From the NCBI RefSeq assembly GCF_964204645.1, contig NC_134031.1, forward strand, positions 8,432,001 through 8,496,000: DNA of 64,000 bases, given 5' to 3'. Shown here piece by piece: positions 11,343 through 22,013 of the stretch. Numbering within the stretch: the stretch's first letter is position 1; the number at the start of each line of letters is the position of its first letter. A program made the translations under genes and the position numbers. The notes beneath the pieces are model-generated. The model searched no databases. It was given only the letters and a program-made list of their open reading frames with translations, and was not told the DNA's origin. The DNA comes from Tubulanus polymorphus. Its lineage: Eukaryota > Animalia > Nemertea.

Positions 11343-13732
11343 ACTAGGGGTCCAGGGACACCATGCCCACTTGGGAAGTGGTTCCAAATGCTCAACAATC
11401 TAACAATTTCAATATTCAATGCCCCCTGGTGACCATATACAAAAACCAATGACCTTGAAACTCACCACAATCATAGAACGTGTCAGCAGCTACGATTTTG
11501 TAATTAATTGTGATAACAAAATATGCCTTGTTACCAATTTAATATGAAAATACTAAGTTATTCTACTATTCCACGCCCCCTGGTGACCATATTCAAAACC
11601 CAATGACCTTGAAACTCACAACAATCATAGAACATGTCACGAACTATAACTTTGTAATTGATCATGGTAACAAAATATGCCTAGGTACCAATAAAATAAG
11701 GAAATACTAAGTTATTCTACTATTCAACGCCCCCTGGTGACCATATAGAATAACTAATGGCCTTAAAACTTGTCACAATCATAGATGATATCATGAGCTA
11801 GAACTTTGCAATTGATTGTGGTTACAAAATATGCATTGATACGAATATAATATAGAAATACTAAGATATTGTATTATTCAACGCCCCCTGGTGGCCATAA
11901 ACAAAAACCAATGACCTTGAAACTCACCACAATCATAGAACATGTTATAAGCTACAAGTTTCTAATTGATTGTGGTAACAAAATACGCTTAGGTATCAAT
12001 ATAATGTGGAAAAACTTTTTCCCACCTACAAATGAGTACTGATGACACCAAGACGGCCACCAATTGCGTCATAATTGGCTGATCAAAAATACCTGTCTCA
12101 GGTATAAAACATCCCTTTTCAAAGAATACCCATCACAATTTACAATGAGAAATGGCAAACCAGTATGGAGCTACAGGACTCAGAATTCGGACCAAAATTG
12201 ACATTTTTGGGCACTAAAAAAGGTCATAGGACGGTCATCTTGAGTCCGATCGACCAAATTTTTGTTATGCTGATGGGCCCTGGGGGATTCACATACATCC
12301 GAAAGATCAAGGTAATTGATCAAATCGTCTTCAAAATTTCCCTCAAAAAGTTAAATAAATTGCCCATGGGCAAAGTGCGGTTTACCTTGAAAGCTAGAGG
12401 TTGTTTGGAGTAAGGGCATTGCTTGAAAAATCTTTTCAATTCGTGACTTCGAAGTTCTAGAAGCTTATATTGTATTTTATCTTTCTTAAAGAATTATTTT
12501 GTAGTCAAATTAGACAAAAGATAAACATTTGTTTATGGTCTACGTCCAAAATTTTGCAGGGTACATGCAGGCGCGGCAGGGAAACTATTTATATTTTCAA
12601 AGAAATATTTTTCACAATATGAAAAAATATTCAAATAAATTCATATGATGTCACATGTCAGAGGGCGGCTGAATGTTGAGTCTTGGAAACGAAACCTTTT
12701 CCAATGTATGGCCCGGAAGCTAAAACCGGGGCGTAGTATTAGATCGTTTTAAATCCTGGAATTTACCATTACAATATTCAGACCTCAGCCTATGCCTATA
12801 GTTTGCTGCTTAGTATTTTCAGGTCACAAGAAATTACAATTTATTACAAATTCTATCAAACAGAAAACACAGTGCTCATCTGCTACGACGATTATTCAGC
12901 CTGTTATCATACCAAACGTGCACGCGCCAAGCAGCGTTACAGCATCACCATATAGAAGTCTTTATGAGCGTGCGTTTGTGTGCGCAACAATCTTAATGTT
13001 AGCATTCCCGTGCACGTGGAGGCCTTGACATAAAGTGAATCTCAATCAACACATTCACCGGGTATTAAAATGAAACAATACCAACGGCAATATGTGAAAT
13101 AATTATATTCTCACCAGCAGTGAGCATTTAAAATTCGCACATATACGGCACCTAGTCCAATGAAACGTTCGCCCTTAATGGCTTTCCCATAATTATTTGA
13201 GTAGCGCCGGAATTCCCCGTATATCCCAAAAACAGCCAATCACATTCGCTCCTAGAGACGACGCCTCCTAATCGAGATCATTGCAATTTTATACGCAAGA
13301 GCTAAGAATTTTCCCGCCAAAAACAGTTTTTCGTCGAATTTAAACAAATTTGACCATGTCATCGATGGAGGTTCGTCATGTCTTCAATCGCATCGATTAT
13401 ACGTCGTTTAACCCAAGAACCAATGAAAAAAATGCTCACATAAAAAACATAGGCCTACTGCGATTTTACATGAATTGGCTTAATGCCAACCTCATACTGC
13501 TGACAAAGGTAAACCAAAAATGTGTAAAAAGTGTTGATTTTGGCGAACAACAATGGCTGCCAGTCGGCCATCTTGATTCTGACAGGGCCAGTTTTTGGGC
13601 TGAAGATGTGTCTAGGGTAGATACATGTATGGACCAAATATCAAGACATTATCTTGAAGCATCTTCAAAACTCCCCAAAATAACTGAATTCCGTCTACGG
13701 ATGGACAACAGACTTAAGTCCCAAGTGGGCTA
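11343..13732 (+). mobile_element. HINE-A (DINE-1/Helentron-associated-like element) with ~154-bp central tandem repeats, carrying nested HINE-B
   Basis: Starts ACTAGGGGTCCAGGGACACC; about 4 units of ~154 bp; ends ...AAGTCCCAAGTGGGCTAAAA; colinear with 42999-44403. Confidence 0.75.
12353..13520 (-). mobile_element. HINE-B copy 2 (uninterrupted), nested in HINE-A
   Basis: Absent from the HINE-A copy at 43-44 kb; subterminal inverted repeats GGTTTACCTT/AAGGTAAACC; terminal palindrome. Confidence 0.72.
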
Positions 13733-13859
13733 AAAACTTAGCTAACGTGGTTATAATTGAGGCCATGGAAAGATCGCGCAGTACAAGAGAGTTTTCGGTA
13801 CATCGCTTATTACCCATCCGTTACCGAATGTCTATCTGACCACTCGCAGAGCCTACTGT

Positions 13860-14125
13860 GTGACCGTCTCGTGTCCACTGGAGACCTCACTGTCTCCTGT
13901 CCACCTGTCTACCTGAATGTCTCTCTCTTCTGTTAACCTGGCCGGAGACCTGACTGTTTCTGTCTCCTGTCCCAATCTGTCTACCTGGTGAACTGACTGT
14001 GTTTCTGTCTTCTGTTGACCTGACTAACCAGAGACCTGACTGTCTCTGTCTGACTGTCTCTGTCTTCTGATGATTTGTCTCACCGGAGACCTGACTGTTT
14101 CTGTCTCCTGTCTAACTGGAGACAC
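13860..14125. repeat. Degenerate CT-rich minisatellite
   Basis: Several copies of (CC)GGAGACCTGACTGT(T/C)TCTGTCTCCTGTC. Confidence 0.7.
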
Positions 14126-14179
14126 ATGCAACTGTTATGTCTTAGCGCATTAATTTTGTACTATTTTCGACGTATATCG

Positions 14180-14381
14180 GGTAAAAGTGCAGATCTGCAC
14201 CTCTCCGCGTAAACGGTTCAATCAATTACATTAAATATCATTGTTTCAGATTCAAAATGTCATCAGCAATTCAGTACATTGCCATTGGTTAATTTCAAAA
14301 CTTCACTAGAAAGATTTTAGCCTGGATTCTGTCATTCATTAGATTTCGTCAATCACGAGAGGTGCGGATCTGCACTTTACC
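14180..14381. mobile_element. 202-bp MITE, Merlin-like
   Basis: TIR GGTAAAAGTGCAGATCTGCACCTCTC / GAGAGGTGCGGATCTGCACTTTACC; 8-bp TSD GTATATCG (14172-14179 and 14382-14389). Confidence 0.75.
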
Positions 14382-15319
14382 GTATATCGGACTTGGGCCA
14401 TAAACCTCCCTACTCGATGTTTTTTTTACAACTTCTGATGAGAATCAAGTAATTTATTTTACATGGCCTTCCCGGCAATATGCTGCCCCGGGTTCGAATC
14501 TATTGTTAAAGGCACAGGGACCTGACAAAAAAACATTTTGACCCCAGTATCCTAGGTACTATATATAAAAAGACAAGGGAGCCAACTCTCCGTCAGTCTG
14601 AATACCAGTCGTTGTTACGGTTCCGTACAACGTCTGACGCTAAAGTATCATATAGTGGTTAACTCCTGTTTATTGCAATGCAACAACTGATTTTAGTGTC
14701 AAATCAAACCTTTGTACTAAAATAAATTAGTTACCTTGTTGACTTTGAAAACGTGTTTTATAATAAATTTTTTGATGATTTAAATCGCGAACCGGGGAAT
14801 TTATTGATTTGATTTGAATTGATTGCCACTATCGGGATTTCCAATACGGACTAAATTAATAAAATGTGAAAATTCAATGTCTCTCTAAAATTACTCTAAA
14901 TGTTATTTTTTGTTGATAAAACGCATAAATTTTGGTCAATTTTAACCTTAATAATTTGAAACAAGAATAATATCTGCATTGGCACCAAGTTTAAGTTCGA
15001 ATCCGCAATTTACACTCCCATCATGCACCACGAAAAGCTGCCATATTTGTTATGTTGCTTCACTTCCACTGTTTTTTGAGGCGACTAGTCAAAAGTTTTG
15101 AGCTACTACGATCGTCAAAAGCTACTTAGGATTACAAATTTATGCACAAACAATAGTTAACTTCCATCTGATTACAGAACAGTCAGTTTGAGGTAAGTTG
15201 ATGGTGTTTTAAGGGGTGAAATAGATGCTCAAAGCCTCGTCCCTCAAAATGAGGGACGAAAATTAACCTTATATGAGCACTTTCGCCCTAGACGTTGTTT
15301 CAGGAACAACGGCTAGATA

Positions 15320-16069
15320 CTAAAGTCTATTTATTTTTGATTGTCCACGATCTTTTTGGGATATTATGCTTAATTTTGGGTGTGCATACCTCAAATAGGT
15401 CTTAATCGAATCAGTAGAGTTGTGCAGTCCAGATAAATCATCGTTTTTATATCCATTTTGTACCGAGTGGAAGGATTGATGAATATTCTCGAAAGTTGAG
15501 CTTAAAATCGGCGAGAAAGACCGCCATTTGGTTCCAGTTTGTTTACTTCTTTATGCAAATGAGCAGTGTGTACCATGTGATCTGGGTAAGTTTATTTTTT
15601 ATGGGGGAGTACGTTGCTCGCACGTGTTTCACTACGTGGGTACGGCCGTAATGGCTGCGCTATCATAGGCCTAAATCATTGCCAAACCACATTGTTTTGA
15701 TACCTTTGACAAAGCAATCTTTATTCACTAAAACGGCTTTCTAGAGTAATATTGTGAGTCGTTGATTGGTCTCTTGGCGACAAGAAGCTGCTACATCCCC
15801 CATGATATAATTGACGCATCCTCGCCTCATTTGCATAAAGAAATAAGCAAAAACGAACAAAATGGCGGTCTTTCTCGCTGATTTAAACCTCAATTTTCGA
15901 GAATATTCATCAATCCTTCTAAACAGTGTTAAATGGATATAAAAACGATGATTTATCTGGACTGCACAACTCTACTGATTCGATTAAGACCTATTTGAGG
16001 TATGTACACTCAAAATTAAGCGAAATATCCCAAAAAGATCGTGGACAATCAAAAATAAATAGACTTTAG
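15320..16069. mobile_element. Foldback MITE with ~240-bp inverted arms
   Basis: CTAAAGTCTATTTATTTTTGATTGTCCACG... and its reverse complement ending ...AAATAGACTTTAG; TSD not evident. Confidence 0.8.
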
Positions 16070-16432
16070 ACTAACTCTCCGTCAGATCGGTCGTTTGGTA
16101 GGCTATGTCACTTCAACAGTTCGTAACTTCGTTAATTATAATCCAATCCACTTCAAGTAAAATTAATCTTAAAGATAACAAATTTCTGCGTTAGACTGGG
16201 TGGTTTGAGAATGATTTGAGTGCCTTTGAGATTGTTAAATCGTTCCGATTAATCCGAAAAAATTGGCAAAATCCGTCTGTACCGCACCAGCATGGAAGTA
16301 AATATGACCATGATTTTTGAAAACAAACGGCGCTTTCGACCAGAAATTCTGAACCAATTTTTACAAACGAGGGCGTGTTGGCAAACACAGGATCGTAGAG
16401 CGATGGAGATCACTGTGGTGTGGAGACAGCCA

Positions 16433-17213
16433 CACCACAGGGGTTTGGCGATGGGCTTGGATTTTATTTCCGGGTTGTTGATAATCTCGCAAGAATGGTG
16501 CTAAATATGAACTGCAAATAAATTCAAAATATCATAGAAATACTTTGTGATTATATTGTTTATTTATCCGCTATAAAGTTCCGATAAACAATTGGTCGTT
16601 AAGGATCATCATCAGACAGTCGTCACGCTTTACTATATAAAATAACAAGGGATGAAACGCAGTTCAATTCGTGCCTGCCAGAAAGTTGGGACAGTCACGT
16701 GACATTCACGCTTCTTATTTGAATGAATGCAAACCCGAAGCATCTAAGATGGAAACTATGATACGAAAAATATTTGAGAATAACTTACATTCAAATGCAT
16801 TTTTTTTCTATGAATTATATATTTGATCATAATTTATTCTTTATAAGTTATTAATTTCATATGAATCATAATCCGACAATTGATATCGGTCTGTGAATAT
16901 GTTAACTTTTCATGTTAAAGTTTTAAATATGATGACATCCTCAGAATGTCACATCACTGTCCCAACTTTCTGGCTGGCACAACTCTGAAGGCGTTTCATC
17001 CCTTGTTATTTTATAGTAGCGTGACGACCGTCTGATAATGATTCTTAAAGACCAATTGTTTATCGAAACTTGATAGCGGATAAATAAACAATATAAACAC
17101 AAGGTATTTCCGTGATATTGCGAATTTATTCGCAGTTCATATTTAGCGCCATTCTCGCGAGATTATCAACAACCCGGAAATAAAATCCAGCCCATCGCCA
17201 AACCCCTGTGGTG
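16433..17213. mobile_element. Foldback MITE with CAC termini and 5-bp TSD (Transib-like)
   Basis: ~270-bp inverted arms CACCACAGGGG...CCCCTGTGGTG; TSD AGCCA (16428-16432 and 17214-17218). Confidence 0.75.
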
Positions 17214-17509
17214 AGCCACACTGGTTGGTGAAGCGAAGGATACTGGGGTCAAAATTTTTTTGTCAGGTCCCTGTGTGGTTAAAGGTGGTACCTCTAGCTA
17301 GATGGATACTGTATCGAATGCTTAAACGTTGAATCGGTGATCGACCCGATCAGAAGAATAGTATTGGTCAGTTGGTTCACAAGTCTTGGTTCGATCGTTC
17401 GATCTCGGTCTTCACGTGAAATTTATTTTCTGGCTATTCAGTGGTGAAACAGAATACCACTACAAGATGGCGGCTATGTAGAGGGCGTTATAGGTCGATA
17501 GCGATGTAT

Positions 17510-18086
17510 CTGCCATAAATACTAATCCGATATACACTAACTTTAGGCAATATAAAAATGATATTAGGTTAGAGAAGTATATAATAGAACTTGGTGATGA
17601 CTTAGGAACTAGTTTATTTGAATTTAGGGTCGGGTCCTATATTTTACCTGTGAACAAATTTTCAAACCTTCATTTAGACAGAGCCGATAGAATATGCCCC
17701 ACTTGTAATACTTTAGGTGACGAATCCCATTTTCTGTTTGACTGTACCTTACTTAACGAACAACGCAAAAACTTTTTGAATTTGAATACCTTTAATACCC
17801 TTGATATTCTGAAAAACCCAACGGTCAACTTAGCTAAATTCATTAAGACCGGCTTAGATGTATATAGATCCCTCCAATAGTATATATTATATAGTATTGT
17901 AAATAGTTGATGTATATAATAGTATATATAGTATTGTAAATAGTTGATGTATATATATATTTCGTTACGTTTTCATTCTCTAAATTCTAATCACTTTAGT
18001 GTTGTTTTGTAAATATTTGTATATACATGTGTAATAGTTTTCCTCCATATACCATGGAAATGGTTGGAGTGTAAATAAATCGTAAT
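17510..18086 (+). mobile_element. 5'-truncated CR1/L2-group LINE 3' end
   Basis: Encodes FRVGSYILPV...RICPTCNTLGDESHFLFDC (C-terminal Cys/His motif); AATAAA followed by a short tail; 8-bp TSD CGATGTAT (17502-17509 and 18087-18094). Confidence 0.8.
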
Positions 18087-18514
18087 CGATGTATTGCTGG
18101 TGAACTGTGCGGACGTACTTTCGGCGCGCTCCTTGAATATAAACAACCGTCGAGGTAAATTTTCACATTTCAGTTACAAACATTATCCAAGGAAACTATT
18201 TTTTCTACCTTAGTGCTATTATATTCCGTTGCCGTTTTTGTGCGTTTAGCCCGTATTAGCTGAGAATTTAGTATTAATTATTCGGCCACGACAGACACTA
18301 AAAACTAGTTTACGCATCAAACGAATTAACATTGCATAGTCGACAAAGACTAATTGAACCGGTTGATAACAAACGAACTAACGAGCGTAGGGCCTAGATT
18401 AGTTTAGCCTAATTCTTTGCGTCCAGTTAATCCCGTTTCTATATTGAAACTTAACCGATTTGTTTTTCTTTTCAACCACAGAATCTGTGTGACATTCGGT
18501 GAGACCTGGAGAAA

Positions 18515-19294
18515 ATGGCGGGAAGACAAAGTGTTTCACCCCCTAACAGGAAGCAGAAGACTGCAGCATCAAATCGACCCAATCGCCAGAATCATAAATC
18601 GACTGAGGAAACGGCATCACGTGTGGAAGCAAACAATGGAATATCGTCAAAACTTGATGCGATTCTTTCCCAGCTTTCGAAATTAGAGCTTTTAGACGAC
18701 TTGCAGAAGGACATGACCGAAGTTAAACACTCGCTTGAATTTTGCCACCAGGACGTACTAAAGAGTGAAAACGAACAACTTAGAAGCAAATTTTGCAATT
18801 TAGAGAAAGTTGTCGCTGATCAGGACGCAATTATCAAATCGGACCATGAACTACTCCTAGATCAGCAATGGCGTAGCATGCGCGATAATTTGATCTTCTA
18901 CGGCGTCGTGGAATCCGAAAATGAGAATACCGAGGACTTAATTAAAGGCTTTTGCGAGAAAGACCTTAAGTTACCGAAGACGACCGTGGACTCATTCAAA
19001 TTCGCGAGAACACATCGCCTAGGACGAAAGAAAAACGAACAGAAAAAACCGCGCCCAATTGTTGCGAAATTCGAGTTCTTCAAAGATCGTGAACTGGTAC
19101 GTTCAGTTGCGAGAAATCTCGCGGGCTCGTCTTTAGGACTGAATGAACAGGTGCCTGAGGAATGGGCGACGAGACGACGCGAAAAGCTCCCCGAGCTGAG
19201 AGCCGCGAAAGCGAACGGAAAACAAGCTTTCTTTGTACGGGACAAACTCGTTATCCGCGAAAACCGTGACCGCGTACCGATGGACAGCCACTAG
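18515..19294 (+). CDS. LINE ORF1p (coiled coil + RRM, L1/Transposase_22-like)
   Basis: Coiled coil followed by RSMRDNLIFYGV, HRLGR, PRPIVAKF and DKLVI motifs; intact 259 aa. Confidence 0.88.
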   Translation: MAGRQSVSPPNRKQKTAASNRPNRQNHKSTEETASRVEANNGISSKLDAILSQLSKLELLDDLQKDMTEVKHSLEFCHQDVLKSENEQLRSKFCNLEKVVADQDAIIKSDHELLLDQQWRSMRDNLIFYGVVESENENTEDLIKGFCEKDLKLPKTTVDSFKFARTHRLGRKKNEQKKPRPIVAKFEFFKDRELVRSVARNLAGSSLGLNEQVPEEWATRRREKLPELRAAKANGKQAFFVRDKLVIRENRDRVPMDSH

Positions 19295-19608
19295 GAACCA
19301 GCGGAGGGACTATTCGTAGACCGGACTGTCCTTGTATCTCGAAGTTTTTGTTATGTTATAGAATTTGTAAATAGTGTAAACTTATGTGACAGTAATCCAA
19401 ATGTAAATAGAAATATCGTTGGCTCGCATGTAAATTCTCATACGGTAGATACATACCCTGATGTAAATAGTAACTATCATGTACCTGATGTAACTCCTAA
19501 CAATTTCATTTCTGATGTAAATAAGCGAAATGTTAACACTTCTGATTTAAATAAGCAAAATGTAACTAAAGTAACTTTAGTACAGCAAACGCAGCAAACA
19601 TAAGTGAA

Positions 19609-21466
19609 ATGTCTTGTATCAAATCATCATTAAAGTTTTCTACGCTGAATGTATGTGGCCTTATAGCTAAACTCGATATCCCAGAATTTAGTGAATTTAT
19701 TAGCAATAATGACATCACATGTCTCACTGAAACTCACTTAGATGATTTAGACGGTATTTTAGGTTGTAGCTAGCCCGCCTCCCATATGGCCACTTTAAAA
19801 ATAGGAAAAAGTTTTCAAAAAAAGGATCAGGTGGCGTCGGTATCATATATAGGAAGTTCTTGAAAAATGAAATAAAACCAATTTCGACTGACTCTCAGTT
19901 TGTATCTTGGTATTTATTAGACAAACATTTATTTAATCGCGACAAACATGTACTTTTAGGTGTAATTTATATTCCTCCAGAACATAGTCGTTATTATTCA
20001 GAAATAGCTATCAGAGAAATTGAAATAGATTTTATTGCAATTGAAAGTTGAGTATGATTTCAATGTGTTAATTTCTGGTGACTTTAATGCTCACACCGCT
20101 TGTATGCCAGACTTTTTGGAACCTGATAATCACATAATTCAAGATGATAACTTAGACCCTATTGTTGACTCATTGATTAATTTAGGCGTTCCCACTAGAA
20201 ATAATCAGGACAAAAGAACGAATAATACAGGCTATCAACTAATAGATTTGTGTAAGAACCATTCATTAATTATCCACAATGGCAGATGTGGCAATGATCA
20301 GACAGGTAATTATACTTTTAGGAACACTAGTGTCATCGATTATTTTGTGTGTGATTTAGAACTGTTTGGTTATGTTGAGGACTTTGAAATAATGCCTTTT
20401 GACCCATTATTATCTGATGGACATAATCCTATTAATCTGTGCGTGTATACGAATTCTAGGGACACCATTGCTAGCGATAATGAAAGGGGTAATGAACTCG
20501 CGAACTTTAAAACTTCAATTAGGTGGGACAATACTAGATCAAATCAATTTTTCCTGAATGTAGAATCAAAATTACGAGATAATGATTTAGATAAGTTACT
20601 TTTGGATGGGTTGCGAGATCTAGGAAATCAATCGCCAGATGACATATTCATTAATGGACTTCCCGATAGATTTGTATCTTCTTTATTATCAAGTGCTGAT
20701 GAGTGTAATTTGATGTACCATAGAAAAAGTAGGAAAAGTAATAAATGCAAAAAAACGGTTCGCAACAGATAGTTTGGCAGGGACTGTAGAGATGCACAGA
20801 AGAAATATAATTATATGAAAAAAAGATATAGGGGTTGCCCTACCCCTTCCAATTTTGAATCCCTTAAGAATTCATCTAAAAACTATAAAAAGGTCATCCG
20901 AGGAAACATGAAAAAACAAAAAGATGAATTTATTAAGGAATTGAGAGAATGCGAAATTAATGACCCCAAAAAGTATTGGTCGATGCTAAACTCTGCGAGC
21001 GGAACAAAAAATAATGAGGCTAATATAGATATTGATATTTTTCTTGAACATTTTATGAGATTAAATGATTTGAATAATGTTAACAATGAAACCGATGACG
21101 GTGATGAGCCCCCAGACGTGGGTGACCCTCCTGTCTATGACAATTATATTTTGAACAGTGATATAACCAGTGATGAAGTAATTAAGGCTATCTCTTTACT
21201 CAAAAACAATAAGGCCCCAGGCATTGATGGAATCACGAATGAGCTGTTGGGAGTTAGTCAGTATCCGTTTTTAGTTGATATATTACAAAAATTATTCAAT
21301 TTAGTTCTTAAAACTGGATATGTTCCAGATATGTGGTCTATAGGCGTCATCAAACCATTTTCAAAAAGATTGGCGATCCCTCTAATCCTGATAATTATAG
21401 AGGTATTACCTTAGTTAGCTGTCTTGGTAAATTATTTACAAGTATCCTAAATCAAAGATTGTCAAC
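19609..21466 (+). pseudogene. LINE ORF2 5' part (apurinic endonuclease and start of RT)
   Basis: TLNVCGL, LTETH, GDFNAHT, SVIDY, SDGH, KAPGIDGI and NYRGITLVSCLGKLFTSILNQRL, with stops and frameshifts. Confidence 0.9.
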
Positions 21467-21991
21467 AGTAATAAGGATAATAGGCTTTCAGATCAAAGGT
21501 CGAACGGTTGAGCTCATTAAAAAACAAAACATTAGAAGTAATTTAAAACTATAATATATTTTCATAACCGTGTGCATTTTATATTATAACTAAATATTTA
21601 TTCTAAGATATCAATAATTTAAAAAGCATAATATATTCAAATAATAATATATAACAAATATATTCAAATAATAATAATTATTCTGTTATTCAACTGAAAT
21701 ACACACGGTTATGAAAATATATTATAGTTTCAAATTACTTTTAATATTTGTTATTAATGAACTCGACCATTCAACCTTTAACCTGAAAGCCTATTATCCC
21801 TATTACTCTTAAAATATTCATGTAGATGAATAACATTTAAATTGACAGATTATTCAATATAAAAGTATATATTTACAACATTATTTCAATATTCATATTT
21901 GTGTTAGTTAGATGTTTAAACATTAAAAGTGTTAGTAAAGTGTGATTGAAATAATGCATGATATAAATCATTGAACTTCTAAAATCAATTT
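21467..21991 (+). repeat. Polinton left TIR
   Basis: Reverse complement of ~38765-39289 with scattered substitutions. Confidence 0.93.
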
Positions 21992-22013
21992 TAATAAAAA
22001 ATTTAGTATTAAA

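Larger units (their letters stand above)
14510..17278. mobile_element. Non-autonomous TTAA-flanked TIR element (Kolobok-like) containing two nested MITEs
   Basis: ~40-bp TIR AGGCACAGGGACCTGACAAAAAA..TTTTGACCCCAGTATCCT; TTAA at 14506-14509 and 17279-17282; outermost right-hand bases diverged. Confidence 0.7.

Noticed and set aside
14465-14502. tRNA gene (GGTTCGAATC B-box)
   Set aside because: No cloverleaf or acceptor stem; at most a SINE head interrupted by the TTAA element
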